The notes: a model not told the origin generated them from the sequence alone. A DNA stretch of 64,000 nucleotides from an uncultured Acidobacteriota bacterium (GCA_963713825.1 CAVQNG010000001.1:288001-352000); one strand, 5' to 3'; positions 40,812-51,455 are shown, counted from the first letter of the stretch. Program-made: numbers and translations.

Positions 40812-42159
40812 GCCTCTTCAGTCCGCCGCGACCTCGGTAGCGCTCCTGGGGATTGGAGTCCTACTCGCATTCCTCGGCAGCTGTGCTGGTGTCGACAAGC
40901 CGGAGCCAACCCCCCGGCTGCCAAGTGAGGATCTACGCTTCCTCGTGCCTCCGAGCACTGGATATCCGCTCGCACTGAAGCCTGGAGAGGGCGAGCGTGT
41001 CGATGCAGCCTTCGAGAACCTGATTCGGGAGGGTCAACGGGACAATGCTCTTTCCCTGAGTCAGCAGGCTCTGAGCCGAGATCCGGACTTCTATCCTGCG
41101 ACTGTCCTGGCAGCGCAAGTCGCCTTTGTGGATCGGGATTTCCACCGAGCGAAGGAGCTGTTGACACCTCAGGTGGCAGAACTCGCCCACTACACGAGCT
41201 GGCAGTTGCTGCTCGGCAGAAGCTCAGAAAAGATGAGCGACCTCGTTTCGGCTTACGAAGCCTATGAGAACGTGGCTGAGGCCACTCCGGTGGCGCGTTC
41301 CAGGACCCGGGAGCTCGGGCCGAGGGTTGCGCAGGTTCTGGCCCAGCGCATCGAGAGCGACCTCCAGAAGGGGAGCTCCGAGGAGGCGATGACTGAGCTC
41401 GCCCGCATGGAGAAGTGGCTTCCGGAGGAGACCCTTACTCTGGAGTCTGTCGCGGCGGTCGCCCAGGCGACCTCGAATCCAGAGGCCGAACTGAAGGCCG
41501 TGTCAAAGCTCTCTGCTCGCGATCCCGGCGATCGCTCGCTGGCTGAGCGGCAGGCCGTTCTCGAGTTGGAGGTCGGTGACGCCGGCGCTGGATTGCGCAT
41601 CTTCCAGGAGCTTGCGTCGGAGGATCCGCAGGACGCAGAGCTGCAGGACCAGTTGGCCCGAGCCCGGTTCTTGTGGCGACTACAGCTTCTACCTATCGAA
41701 GCACGTGGTCTGGTGAGCCAAGCGGAGTTGAGCCGGGGAGATTTCTCCGCCATGCTCTACTGGCTGTTTCCTGAAGTGAGGTACGGTCAGAGCAGACAAG
41801 TACGAATCGCTAATGATGTTCTTGACCACCCGTATCGCGAAGAGATTGTCCGAGTCGTCAATCTCGGAATCATGGACATCGACGAGAGATTGCATCAGTT
41901 CTCTCCGAACGATGCCGTCACCCGAGCTGAGGCCCTGACATCGATGGTGCGACTTCTGATTCGAAAGCAACCTCCACTGGCCTGTGTCGGCGGATTGCAG
42001 AGAAACGCCTCTCTCGATCTCGACACGGTCTGCGCAGTCGTTGCGAGGTGTGGGCTGATCGCTGCCTCCTCGGACTGCAGGCCGGCGGCGGCTGTTTCGG
42101 GCACCGAAGCCGTCGAATTGAGCCGTCTCACACTGAATCTGCTCGGGGTTCCCCAGTAG
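40798..42159 (+). CDS. TPR lipoprotein with C-terminal SLH-like domain
   Basis: Lipobox LGSC, helical TPR-like repeats, NDVLDHPY...LGIM...FSPNDAVTRAE; start approximate. Confidence 0.7.
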   Translation: MLKSRPLQSAATSVALLGIGVLLAFLGSCAGVDKPEPTPRLPSEDLRFLVPPSTGYPLALKPGEGERVDAAFENLIREGQRDNALSLSQQALSRDPDFYPATVLAAQVAFVDRDFHRAKELLTPQVAELAHYTSWQLLLGRSSEKMSDLVSAYEAYENVAEATPVARSRTRELGPRVAQVLAQRIESDLQKGSSEEAMTELARMEKWLPEETLTLESVAAVAQATSNPEAELKAVSKLSARDPGDRSLAERQAVLELEVGDAGAGLRIFQELASEDPQDAELQDQLARARFLWRLQLLPIEARGLVSQAELSRGDFSAMLYWLFPEVRYGQSRQVRIANDVLDHPYREEIVRVVNLGIMDIDERLHQFSPNDAVTRAEALTSMVRLLIRKQPPLACVGGLQRNASLDLDTVCAVVARCGLIAASSDCRPAAAVSGTEAVELSRLTLNLLGVPQ

Positions 42160-42249
42160 AGGAAGAGGATGTGATTCCTGGGAGTAGAGAGGCGACTCCT
42201 ATGCAATTGCATCCTCAGACGATCTGATACGATTTTCGCGAAGGGCGCG

Positions 42250-45200
42250 ATGGCCTCTTTCGTTCACCTACATCTCCACAGTCAATACAGTCTTCTGGAC
42301 GGTGCGAATCGTCTAGATGATCTCTTACAGGCAGCGGTCGAGAACGAGATGCCCGCCGTCGCGCTGACGGATCACGGCAACATGTTCGGTGCGATCGACT
42401 TCTATCAGAAGGCGAGGCGCGCCGGTGTCAAGCCGATTCTCGGGATGGAGGCCTACGTCGCCCAGGGCGATCGGACCGATCGGCAACCGAGTCGCAGCAG
42501 TAGCAATCATCTGGTCCTGCTGGTGGAAAGCGAACAGGGATACCGGAATCTCATCAAGCTGACCTCGCGCTCCTACCTCGAGGGCTTCTACTACAAGCCC
42601 CGAGTCGACAAGGCCCTGTTGGCGGAGTACAGCGAAGGTCTAATCTGTTTGTCAGCCTGTCTGAAGGGAGAGGTCAACCAGAGAATCCTCGAGAATCGTG
42701 AGGCGGACGCGGAAGCCGCTGCCAAGGAGTTCCTGGATATCTTCGGGCCGGGCAATTTCTACCTGGAGTTGCAGGACCACGGCATTCCGGAGCAGGCCCA
42801 GGCCAACGAAGTCCTGAGGAAGATCTCCCGCCGCCACGGCATACCGTTGGTGGCGACGAATGATTGCCACTATCTGAAGCAGTCCGACTCGTTCGCCCAT
42901 GACGTCCTTCTGTGTATCGGCACACAGCGCAATTTGAGTGACGAGGGAAGGCTGAAGTACGCCTCCGATCAGTTCTACCTCAAGACCGGTGAAGAGATGG
43001 CCCAGCTCTTTCCAAAGGACCCCGAGGCCATTGAGAACACCCTGGCGATTGCCGAGCGCTGCGACATCGAGATTCCTTCGGGAGATTTCCATCTGCCGGA
43101 ATTCCCTTTGCCTTCTGGGTACGATCTGGACTCCTACTTCAAGAAAGTGGTGCAGGAGGGGCTGCAACAGCGCCTGGCCGAGCTGCGCAGTCAGGGCTCT
43201 CCAATGCTGAAGGAGTTCTCGGAGAGCCTCTACCACGAGCGGTTGGCGACCGAGACGAAGATCATTCTGAAGATGGGCTTTTCGGGTTACTTTCTGATCG
43301 TTTGGGACTTCATCCGTCACGCCAGGGAGCAGAGCATCCCAGTTGGTCCCGGTCGGGGCTCCGCTGCGGGCTCACTGGTGGCCTACGCTCTGCGGATTAC
43401 CGACATCGACCCTCTGCGCTATAACCTCCTGTTCGAGCGCTTCTTGAATCCGGATCGGGTCAGCTTGCCCGATATCGACATCGACTTCTGCATGCGTCGC
43501 CGGGGCGAGGTCATCCAGTACGTCAACGAGAAGTATGGCCGAGACCACGTCGCGCAGATCATCACTTTCGGAACGTTGGCAGCCAAGGCCGTCTTGCGCG
43601 ATGTCGGCCGGGTCATGGGGATTCCCTATTCGAAGGTCGATCGCGTCGCCAAGCTCATCCCGGACATGACCCGCTCGCTCAGTGAAGCGGCCAAGTCGGT
43701 CGACGCACTTTCGAAGGAGATCGAACGGGATCCGGAGGTGCGCGAGATCGTCGAGGTCGGCAGTCGTCTCGAGGGGCTGACCCGCCACGCCTCGCTACAC
43801 GCGGCCGGAGTGGTGATTGCGCCCCGGCCCATCGACGAACTCGTACCGCTCTACAAGACGAGCAAGGATGAGGTTGTCACACAGTGGGACAAGGACGTCA
43901 TCGAGGATCTCGGACTTCTGAAGATGGACTTCCTGGGCCTTCGAACCCTGACCGTGATCGACGACACCTTGCAGATACTTCGTGAGCTAGGAATGGAGCT
44001 CGACCTCGATCACGTGCTGCTGGACGATGACGAGACTTACAGGTTGTTTTGTGATGGTCGGACGAGTGGCATATTCCAGTTCGAATCCACTGGTATGAAG
44101 GATTTGTTGCGGCGAGCCCAGCCGTCGAAGTTCGAGGACCTGGTGGCGTTCAACGCTCTCTATCGCCCCGGCGCCTTGTCGGTCGGCATGGTCGAGGAGT
44201 ACATCAAGCGCAAACGCGGAGACAAAGCGGTTCGGTATGCGCTGCCTGAGACACAGCCCATCCTGGAGGAGACCTACGGCGTCATCGCCTACCAGGAACA
44301 GGTCATGCAGATCGCGGTCGATGTCGCCGGGTTCACGATGGGAGAGGCCGACATCTTGCGTAAGGCCATGGGCAAGAAGAAGCCCGAGGTCATGGCTGAG
44401 CAGAAGGAGAAGTTCATCCAGGGTGCCACCGCACGAGGTGTCGCCAAGAGAAAGGCTCAGGAGCTTTGGGAGTACATCGAGCCCTTTGCCGGCTATGGAT
44501 TCAACAAGAGCCACAGTGTGGCCTACGCGATGCTGGCCTACAAGACGGCCTACCTGAAGGCCCATCACCCAGTCGCGTTCATGACAGCGATGCTGACCTC
44601 TGAGATGTCCTCCAAGGACAACGTGGCGAAGTACTTTCAGGAATGCCGGGAGATGAACATCGATGTCCTGCCGCCAGACATCAACGAGAGCAGTTGGTCG
44701 TTCACCGCGGTCGGGGATTCCATCCGATTTGGGCTCGGAGCGGTCAAAGGGATCGGCGAATCGGCTGTGGAGGCCATTCTGGAAGCGCGTCGACACAGCG
44801 GCAACTTTCGCAGTCTGGCCCATTTCGCGATGGAAGTGGATTCGAAGTCCCTGAACCACAAGGCGATGGAGAGTGTCATCTGTGCCGGCTGCTTCGACAC
44901 CCTCGGGTTCCACCGCAGCGACCTCCTTGCCGCGCTCGATCGCATCTTGGACTACGCTCAGAAGAAGCGGCGGGAGAAGGAGGCCGGGCAAGGGAGCCTT
45001 TTCAGCTCGGAAGCCTTGCCTGAGCCGCAGCCGGTAGAAGGTTCGGAGGTCTGGAGCGAAAGGGAGAGGCTACATCGCGAAAAAGAGGCCTTGGGCTTCT
45101 ATCTGACCGGGAATCCCCTCTCCGAGCACCAAGGCAAGCTGTCTCATCTGACCGATCACACGACGAGCTCGGTGAGGTCCAACGGCGAGGGGAGCGTCCG

Positions 45201-45720
45201 AATCGGCGGCATCGTGACCCGGTTGACGCAGAGCCGAATCCGCAGCGGACCGAATGCGGGCCGGATGATGGGTAGGTTCATGCTCGAGGACCTCGAGGGC
45301 TCTGTGCCGGTCGCGGTTTTCGCAGATCAGCTCCAGAAATTCGGTCATCTCCTCAAGGACGAGGCGATCGTCGTCATCAAAGGCATGGCGCGAGATCGAG
45401 GCGCCGATGTCGAGATCACTATCGAGGATGTGACGGCTCTCGAGCAGGTCGACAAGTCACTCATTCAGGAGTTGGTGATTCAGCTACCGGGAGACCTGCA
45501 GACCGCGAAGATGCTGCAATTGAGAGACATCCTGATCGAGCACACGGGAGACCTGCCGGTTCGCATGGTCATTCCCGTGGCTGGTCGAGAGGTATCGATC
45601 AGTCCGGAGCAGCGCTTCCGTGTGCATCTCGACCAGACCTTGGTAGATGCCGTCGAGAAGGTTCTGGGGCGCGGGGCGCTCCGCAAGCTCTACGGCGAGC
45701 CACCTGTTGGCGTGAGCTGA
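42250..45720 (+). CDS. dnaE: DNA polymerase III alpha subunit
   Basis: FVHLHLHSQYSLLDG, GPGRGSAAGS, PDIDIDF, KMDFLGL, YGFNKSHS; normal length. Confidence 0.98.
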   Translation: MASFVHLHLHSQYSLLDGANRLDDLLQAAVENEMPAVALTDHGNMFGAIDFYQKARRAGVKPILGMEAYVAQGDRTDRQPSRSSSNHLVLLVESEQGYRNLIKLTSRSYLEGFYYKPRVDKALLAEYSEGLICLSACLKGEVNQRILENREADAEAAAKEFLDIFGPGNFYLELQDHGIPEQAQANEVLRKISRRHGIPLVATNDCHYLKQSDSFAHDVLLCIGTQRNLSDEGRLKYASDQFYLKTGEEMAQLFPKDPEAIENTLAIAERCDIEIPSGDFHLPEFPLPSGYDLDSYFKKVVQEGLQQRLAELRSQGSPMLKEFSESLYHERLATETKIILKMGFSGYFLIVWDFIRHAREQSIPVGPGRGSAAGSLVAYALRITDIDPLRYNLLFERFLNPDRVSLPDIDIDFCMRRRGEVIQYVNEKYGRDHVAQIITFGTLAAKAVLRDVGRVMGIPYSKVDRVAKLIPDMTRSLSEAAKSVDALSKEIERDPEVREIVEVGSRLEGLTRHASLHAAGVVIAPRPIDELVPLYKTSKDEVVTQWDKDVIEDLGLLKMDFLGLRTLTVIDDTLQILRELGMELDLDHVLLDDDETYRLFCDGRTSGIFQFESTGMKDLLRRAQPSKFEDLVAFNALYRPGALSVGMVEEYIKRKRGDKAVRYALPETQPILEETYGVIAYQEQVMQIAVDVAGFTMGEADILRKAMGKKKPEVMAEQKEKFIQGATARGVAKRKAQELWEYIEPFAGYGFNKSHSVAYAMLAYKTAYLKAHHPVAFMTAMLTSEMSSKDNVAKYFQECREMNIDVLPPDINESSWSFTAVGDSIRFGLGAVKGIGESAVEAILEARRHSGNFRSLAHFAMEVDSKSLNHKAMESVICAGCFDTLGFHRSDLLAALDRILDYAQKKRREKEAGQGSLFSSEALPEPQPVEGSEVWSERERLHREKEALGFYLTGNPLSEHQGKLSHLTDHTTSSVRSNGEGSVRIGGIVTRLTQSRIRSGPNAGRMMGRFMLEDLEGSVPVAVFADQLQKFGHLLKDEAIVVIKGMARDRGADVEITIEDVTALEQVDKSLIQELVIQLPGDLQTAKMLQLRDILIEHTGDLPVRMVIPVAGREVSISPEQRFRVHLDQTLVDAVEKVLGRGALRKLYGEPPVGVS

Positions 45721-45727
45721 GTCTTCA

Positions 45728-47041
45728 GTGCGCCGTTCGATTCCTCTGAGCCCCGAGCAACATCAGACTCTGGAAGATCGCGCGAACCAGGTACACCCTG
45801 GCCTGCTCGACGCGATTCAGAGCACTTCGCAGCGACTCGGCTGTCCGGTCTTCGTGGTAGGTGGAGCGCCCAGAGACCTCGTCTCATCGAATCCGATGGG
45901 CGATCTGGATCTCGTAGTGGAAGGTGATGGCGAGAGTTTCGCGCCAGCTCTGGCCAACGCTCTCGGTGGGAAGGTGAAGAGGCACCCGCGGTTCTTCACT
46001 GCGGAAGTGGAGTTGCCCGGAGGGCGACTCGACGTGGCTACCACGCGTCAGGAGTACTACGACTCTCCAGCGGTGCTGCCCAGCGTAAAGCCAGGGCCAT
46101 TCGAGGATGACCTGAGAAGGCGCGACTTCACCGTCAATACCCTGGCGATCGAGTTGGGAAAGGGCCCGCCATTTGCGATTGAGGATTCATACGAGGCTCT
46201 GCGGGATCTGAAGGAGCATCGGCTGCGGGTACTTCATGATGAGTCCTTCATCGACGACCCGACGAGGATCCTCCGTGGAGTCCGGCTCGAGAGCCGCCTC
46301 GGCCTCAGGCTGGACGAGGTGACGGAGCGTCTGGCAACAGGGGCCGTGAAGGACGGCGTGTTCGACTCTCTCAGCAGCGATAGGTTGCGTCGAGAGCTCT
46401 TCCGTCTATTGGAACCGATTGGCTCGATCGAGACCCGGCTGCAGAGGCTCGATGAGCTCGGCGTCCTGAGCGTGTTGTCCCGGGATCTGCAACTGTCGGC
46501 GGAAGATCAGGCCTGGATTGGCAGAGCAGCAGAGAAGGCAGAAGGCCTCCCCGTAGATATCGCTGACGTCGAAGGCTGGCGCCTGGCTTTTCCTGCACTC
46601 CTCGGGGGTCTCGACCGGACGGCAGTAGAGTCGGTAGCTGCTCGACTCGCGCTGCGGCCGAACGAGAGGGAGTGGCTGCTCACATCGCGCCTCGACCTCG
46701 ATCATGCTGTGGAGGTCCTGCGTCATCCGGATTCGAGGCCGAGTGATGTGGATCGCGCGCTTGGCCCCCTGCGCTCCGAGCAGATAGCGCTGCTTCTGGC
46801 CGTGACCGAGTCGCCGGTGGTGCGGCAGGCCCACGCATGGCTCGATGATTGGCGCGCTGTTCAGCTGTCCTTGACCGGGCAGGAGCTCCTGGAAGCGGGC
46901 ATCGCGCCTGGAGCGTGGATCGGTCGCGCTCTGGACTCGACCCGCGAAGCCCGATTGAACGGTACGATTACCGCCAGGGGGGAATTGGACTTCGCCCTGA
47001 ATCTGCTGAAGAAGGAGAATTCGGGGGCTGAGATCGAATGA
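45728..47041 (+). CDS. tRNA nucleotidyltransferase (CCA- or A-adding type)
   Basis: VGGAPRD...DLDLVV, DLRRRDFTVN, SFIDDPTRILR. Confidence 0.88.
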   Translation: MRRSIPLSPEQHQTLEDRANQVHPGLLDAIQSTSQRLGCPVFVVGGAPRDLVSSNPMGDLDLVVEGDGESFAPALANALGGKVKRHPRFFTAEVELPGGRLDVATTRQEYYDSPAVLPSVKPGPFEDDLRRRDFTVNTLAIELGKGPPFAIEDSYEALRDLKEHRLRVLHDESFIDDPTRILRGVRLESRLGLRLDEVTERLATGAVKDGVFDSLSSDRLRRELFRLLEPIGSIETRLQRLDELGVLSVLSRDLQLSAEDQAWIGRAAEKAEGLPVDIADVEGWRLAFPALLGGLDRTAVESVAARLALRPNEREWLLTSRLDLDHAVEVLRHPDSRPSDVDRALGPLRSEQIALLLAVTESPVVRQAHAWLDDWRAVQLSLTGQELLEAGIAPGAWIGRALDSTREARLNGTITARGELDFALNLLKKENSGAEIE

Positions 47042-47730
47042 AGACGTCAGCACAAGTAGGCTGGGCTCCTGCGGGTCGGTGTAGCGCTATCTTGGCGAGT
47101 GTCTGCGTGACCCTTGGGGCATCCCGAGCTGGAGCAGAGGTGGATCGTCGTAGCCATGAGCTGGTGCGGCGGGAGTGCCGAGCTGTCATCGATACCGAGG
47201 ACGTGACGCTATTCGCGAACGGCACGGTCCGCTTGATCTCCAAGCACGACGAGGAGCGCTCCGTCCAACTGACCGAGCTGACGCCGGACGAAGTGGAGGC
47301 ATTCCTGCGCCGGGTGAGAGAAGTCGATTTGTCGGAGGAAGACCCCATCGGCGTGACATTGCAGGGAGATTGGGTCGAGCAATGCCAGCTCTATCTCGAC
47401 GTCGACCCGGAAGTCGAGCCGGTGAGGTATCGATTCGGTCGCTATGACAGCCTTTCACTCGGCCTTTCCAGGGTCAACCGGGTGGCCGATGACCTTCTTC
47501 AGGTCGTCCTGGAGCGGGCTCCCACTGTGGGATTGCCCTATGGGTACGTTCCCGAGCCAGGGGACGTTCTGGAGCGGGTCGACGGAGTCCTGTTCGAGGT
47601 CATCGGACTGACCGGGGACAAGAAAGGCATCGAGCTGATCGGCGTCGAGCAACCTCTGACCATCTATGTGCTCAATGAAGCGGTCGGCCAGCAGTTCAAG
47701 GCATTGGTGAAAAAGCGAAAATTCCCGTGA
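47038..47730 (+). CDS. Hypothetical exported protein
   Basis: Overlaps both neighbours by 4 nt; hydrophobic N-terminus. Confidence 0.65.
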   Translation: MKTSAQVGWAPAGRCSAILASVCVTLGASRAGAEVDRRSHELVRRECRAVIDTEDVTLFANGTVRLISKHDEERSVQLTELTPDEVEAFLRRVREVDLSEEDPIGVTLQGDWVEQCQLYLDVDPEVEPVRYRFGRYDSLSLGLSRVNRVADDLLQVVLERAPTVGLPYGYVPEPGDVLERVDGVLFEVIGLTGDKKGIELIGVEQPLTIYVLNEAVGQQFKALVKKRKFP

Positions 47731-48284
47731 CGAAGCCCGGGGTGCGGATCTCTGCGGGGAAGTTGAGAGGACGGAGTCTGGCGGTGCCGGCCAGCGCGCG
47801 GCCCACTTCGGCCCGCCTCCGAGAGGCCTTGTTCGACATCTGGCAGCACCGAGTTGCGGGATGTCGATTTCTGGATCTATTTGCTGGTAGTGGAGCTGTC
47901 GGCCTCGAGGCTTTCAGCCGAGGGGCGGACTCTGTGGTCTTTGTTGAGATCGACCGAGAAGCCTCTCGGCGGCTGCGGATGGTCTGCGCTGAGCTGGCAC
48001 CGGATACAAGCACGGTGTTCCAGGCCAATCTGCCAGGTGAGCTGGACCGAGTGATGCGCACGGTCGGGAGTGGCTTCGATCTGATTTTTGCCGATCCGCC
48101 GTACGACTTTGATGCGTACGCGGAGTTGTTGGCGTCGCTCGCTGATTCCCTGGAGATGGGTGGAGAAGTGGCGGTCGAACACTCGGTTCGGAGGGAGCTG
48201 CCGGAGTTGCCAGAAGGTCTGACGCGCCTGGCTATTCGGGACTACGGGGAGAACCGGATTAGTTTCTATGCCGTCGGTGAGTGA
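47727..48284 (+). CDS. rsmD: 16S rRNA m2G966 methyltransferase
   Basis: RISAGKLRGR, RPT..RLREALF, DLFAGSGAVGLEA, DPPY. Confidence 0.94.
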   Translation: MTKPGVRISAGKLRGRSLAVPASARPTSARLREALFDIWQHRVAGCRFLDLFAGSGAVGLEAFSRGADSVVFVEIDREASRRLRMVCAELAPDTSTVFQANLPGELDRVMRTVGSGFDLIFADPPYDFDAYAELLASLADSLEMGGEVAVEHSVRRELPELPEGLTRLAIRDYGENRISFYAVGE

Positions 48285-48307
48285 GCTCTGCCGGAGCTGG
48301 AAGGCGC

Positions 48308-48934
48308 TCAGGTCGTGAGGAAGAAGGCGAGCTCTTCGAGATTGATTTGAAAGTCGACGTTCTTCGTCCGCACGGACGGGTGCTGCTTCAGCTGGGTCGG
48401 AGCGAAATTCAGCACCGCCTTGATGCCGCTGGCGACAAGATCGTCATAGCAACCCTGGGCTGACGAAGCCGGAACAGAGAGAACGGCGATTTGGGCCCGG
48501 GCTTGCGGCACGACCTCGGGGATCTCACGACTGTGGTGGATGACCAGGTGACCGATCTTGCGCCCGACCTTTCTGCCGTCGACATCGAAAGCGGCGACGA
48601 TTCGGAAGGGCTTGTCATTGACGCTCAGATAGCGAGCCAAAGCGCTTCCAAGGCTACCCATTCCGACCACTGCCAGATTGTGAGCCCTGTCGAGCCCGAG
48701 GAGGCGATTGAGACTCTCAGCGAGATCGTCGATCCGGTAGCCTGTTCCGCGGATGCCGAATTCGCCAAACTGTGCGAGATCCTTCCGTATCAGCGGTGCT
48801 GAGAGCTCGAACTGCTGCGCCAGTTGAATCGAGGAAACATGGGTCGCACCCGATCTCTGAAGTTGCCGCAGACAGCGTAGGTACACTGATAGGCGGTTCA
48901 GCGTGAGGGTGGAGATTTGTGCTGGCTCGGCCAT
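48308..48934 (-). CDS. rex: Redox-sensing transcriptional repressor Rex
   Basis: RLSVYLRCL, IRKDLAQFGEFGIRGTGY, GMGSLG, LNFAP. Confidence 0.95.
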   Translation of the reverse strand: MAEPAQISTLTLNRLSVYLRCLRQLQRSGATHVSSIQLAQQFELSAPLIRKDLAQFGEFGIRGTGYRIDDLAESLNRLLGLDRAHNLAVVGMGSLGSALARYLSVNDKPFRIVAAFDVDGRKVGRKIGHLVIHHSREIPEVVPQARAQIAVLSVPASSAQGCYDDLVASGIKAVLNFAPTQLKQHPSVRTKNVDFQINLEELAFFLTT

Positions 48935-49004
48935 GGCGAACAGGTGAAGGCAAAGTTGCAGGAAAACCGCGGTCGGCGCTGTAGGCTCGTGACAGGCCGC
49001 CACG

Positions 49005-49022
49005 TTGTGAACGATCTCACAA
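49005..49022. promoter_or_regulatory. Rex operator upstream of rex
   Basis: TTGTGAA-cgat-CTCACAA; one mismatch to TTGTGAA-N4-TTCACAA. Confidence 0.85.
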
Positions 49023-49129
49023 GCGCAAAAGCGAGACAAGAGGGTTTTGGGGTCGAAGGAAAAATCGACCACCACCGCCATCTGGCGATCGGTTACGATG
49101 TCAGTTGTTGATTGGCCGAAGAGGAACTT

Positions 49130-49217
<88 letters not shown>

Positions 49218-49228
49218 GGCCAAGAGGG

Positions 49229-49257
49229 ATTCTAGGGAGGGCAATCGAAGGTGTCAA
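49229..49257 (-). promoter_or_regulatory. Sigma70 promoter of tRNA-Leu
   Basis: TTGACA-N17-TAGAAT on minus strand, 11 nt before the tRNA. Confidence 0.85.
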
Positions 49258-51455
49258 CTGAATTGAGCGGCCTGGACGGGGTGACTCGCCAGGAAGTGCT
49301 AGAGAGGCTGCTACAGGCAGGCGCACGAGGGCTGGAAACCGACCAGCTCCAGAAAGCTCTTGCTGCTGACTGGGAAGCGGCGGCTGTCGAGAAGGCTCTC
49401 GTCGAGCTCCAACGAGACGGCCTGGCGGTCGAGTGGAATCGCCGCTGGATGGCCGTCCGCCACACGGAGTGGGTCGCCGGGCAGGTGAACCAACTCGAAA
49501 AGGGCGATGCCCTCATTCGATCCGGCGATCGCAGAGAAGCCGGATACTTCGTCTCGCGACGCAATCTCAAAGGCGCCATCGACAAGGACCGGGTTCTTGT
49601 TCGCAGGGTCAAGACATCTCGTGGAAAGCACGACACTCGGCTGCCGGAAGCCACGGTCGTGAAGGTGCTGGAGAGACCTCTCAGGACCGTGGTCGGCACC
49701 TTGGACTGGGAAGGGGATCGACGCTGGTTGGCGCCGTTCGATCCCAAGGTGAGCCTCGATCTGGAAGTGGTCGATGGCGACAGGATGCTGGAGGATCAAT
49801 ACGTTGTTGTCGAGGTGCTGGAGCCCAATAGAGGCGAGCGAGGGAGATTGAGAGGGCGAGTCGTGGAGGTCCTGGGAAGTGCCAGCTCACCCGGAGTGGA
49901 CGTTCTCGTCATGCTGCGCCATTTTCGGATCCCTGACACGTTTCCGGGCGAGGCCCTGGCAGAGGCCGAGCGCTTCGGGGAGGACCCGGCACAAAGCGAT
50001 CTCGTGGGACGCCGAGATCTGACAGCCGCGATAGCAGTGACGATCGATGGTGAAACCGCCAGGGACTTCGACGACGCCATCACCGTCCAGAAGCGATCGG
50101 ATGGGGGGTTCTCCGCCGGGATTCACATCGCTGACGTTTCTCACTATGTGCCGGAAGGACAGGCTCTGGACCTCGAGGCCTTTCGCCGGGGTACCAGCGT
50201 CTATTTCCCGGATCGGGCAGTTCCGATGCTTCCAGAGTCTCTGTCAAATGGACTGTGCTCCCTACGACCGGACGTTCAGCGATTGACACTCTCGGCGTTC
50301 CTCGAGTTCTCCCCTGATGGGGAAGTGGAGTCTCGGAGCTTCCAAACGACGGTTATTTGCAGCAAGAAGCGCCTCACTTATGGCGAGGTGCGGAGACTAC
50401 TCGAGGCGCCTGAGCCAACGGACGCGCAAGAGTATGGCGAGGTTCTGCCGGCCCTTCGCGCTGCCGAGGCGCTGGCGCGGGTGCTCAATCGCCGCAGAAT
50501 GGAGCGCGGCTCGATCGACTTCGATTTGCCCGAGGGGAATGTGATCCTCGATGAAGAGGGTTTTACCGTTGGAGTGCGACCAGGGGAACGCAACATAGCT
50601 CACCGAATCATCGAGGAGTTGATGATCGCTGCGAACGAGGCTGTGGCCTTCCACCTTGATACGCATGAGAGCCCAGCTGTCTATCGAGTTCATGATTCCC
50701 CGCAGCTGACGGCACTGGAGGAGTTGCGCAGCGTGGTCAAGCCGCTGGGTCTGAAACTGGAGGGAGATCTGGAGCTCTTGAACCCCGCCGCCCTGCAAGC
50801 CCTCCTGAAGCAGGTCGAAGGGAAGCCGGAAGAGCCGTTTGTCGCCTCGCTTGTCCTGCGATCCATGCAGCAAGCTTCTTATGATCCGGATTGCCGGGGT
50901 CACTACGCTCTCGGGTCCACGCACTACACGCACTTCACCTCGCCAATTCGTCGATACCCCGATCTCCTGGTGCATCGCCAGCTGAAGCGCTTGAGTGAGC
51001 CCTCCGAGTCAGCCGAAGCAGCAGACTCGATGCTGGAACGCCGGTTGCCGTCGATCGCAGAGCACTGCAGCTTCACCGAGAGGCGCGCCGAGCGCGCCGA
51101 GCGCCAATTGCTGCAATGGAAACTGGTGCGGCTCCTGGCCGGTCGGATCGGTGAGAAGTTCTCGGGCCGGATCACCGGAGTGCAGCCATTTGGACTGTTC
51201 GTGCAGCTGAGCGACTATTTTGTCGATGGTCTGGTTCCCATCCGATCCATGGCCGACGACTACTATGTTTTCGAGGCGGACAGTCATCGGTTGGTCGGCC
51301 AGGAGAAGGGACGCGTCTATCGACTTGCCGATCAGGTCGAGGTCGTCCTCAGTGGGGTCGATCCACGGCAGCGGGGCCTGACTCTCAGCATCGAGGGTAT
51401 GCCCGAGCCGCGAAAGCCGCCACGGCGGAGGCAACGCCGCCAGCGTCCAAGGTAG
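49251..51455 (+). CDS. rnr: Ribonuclease R
   Basis: TIDGETARDFDDA, HIADVSHYV, SNGLCSL, HFTSPIRRYPDL, S1 domain, basic tail. Confidence 0.95.
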   Translation: MSTELSGLDGVTRQEVLERLLQAGARGLETDQLQKALAADWEAAAVEKALVELQRDGLAVEWNRRWMAVRHTEWVAGQVNQLEKGDALIRSGDRREAGYFVSRRNLKGAIDKDRVLVRRVKTSRGKHDTRLPEATVVKVLERPLRTVVGTLDWEGDRRWLAPFDPKVSLDLEVVDGDRMLEDQYVVVEVLEPNRGERGRLRGRVVEVLGSASSPGVDVLVMLRHFRIPDTFPGEALAEAERFGEDPAQSDLVGRRDLTAAIAVTIDGETARDFDDAITVQKRSDGGFSAGIHIADVSHYVPEGQALDLEAFRRGTSVYFPDRAVPMLPESLSNGLCSLRPDVQRLTLSAFLEFSPDGEVESRSFQTTVICSKKRLTYGEVRRLLEAPEPTDAQEYGEVLPALRAAEALARVLNRRRMERGSIDFDLPEGNVILDEEGFTVGVRPGERNIAHRIIEELMIAANEAVAFHLDTHESPAVYRVHDSPQLTALEELRSVVKPLGLKLEGDLELLNPAALQALLKQVEGKPEEPFVASLVLRSMQQASYDPDCRGHYALGSTHYTHFTSPIRRYPDLLVHRQLKRLSEPSESAEAADSMLERRLPSIAEHCSFTERRAERAERQLLQWKLVRLLAGRIGEKFSGRITGVQPFGLFVQLSDYFVDGLVPIRSMADDYYVFEADSHRLVGQEKGRVYRLADQVEVVLSGVDPRQRGLTLSIEGMPEPRKPPRRRQRRQRPR

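Noticed and set aside
42201-42212. TGCAATTGCA palindrome shared by the dnaE and degP upstream regions
   Set aside because: Only two short copies and no functional link; not enough to call a shared operator.
42250-45720. Intein in dnaE
   Set aside because: Normal 1156-aa length; no splice-junction or homing endonuclease motifs seen.
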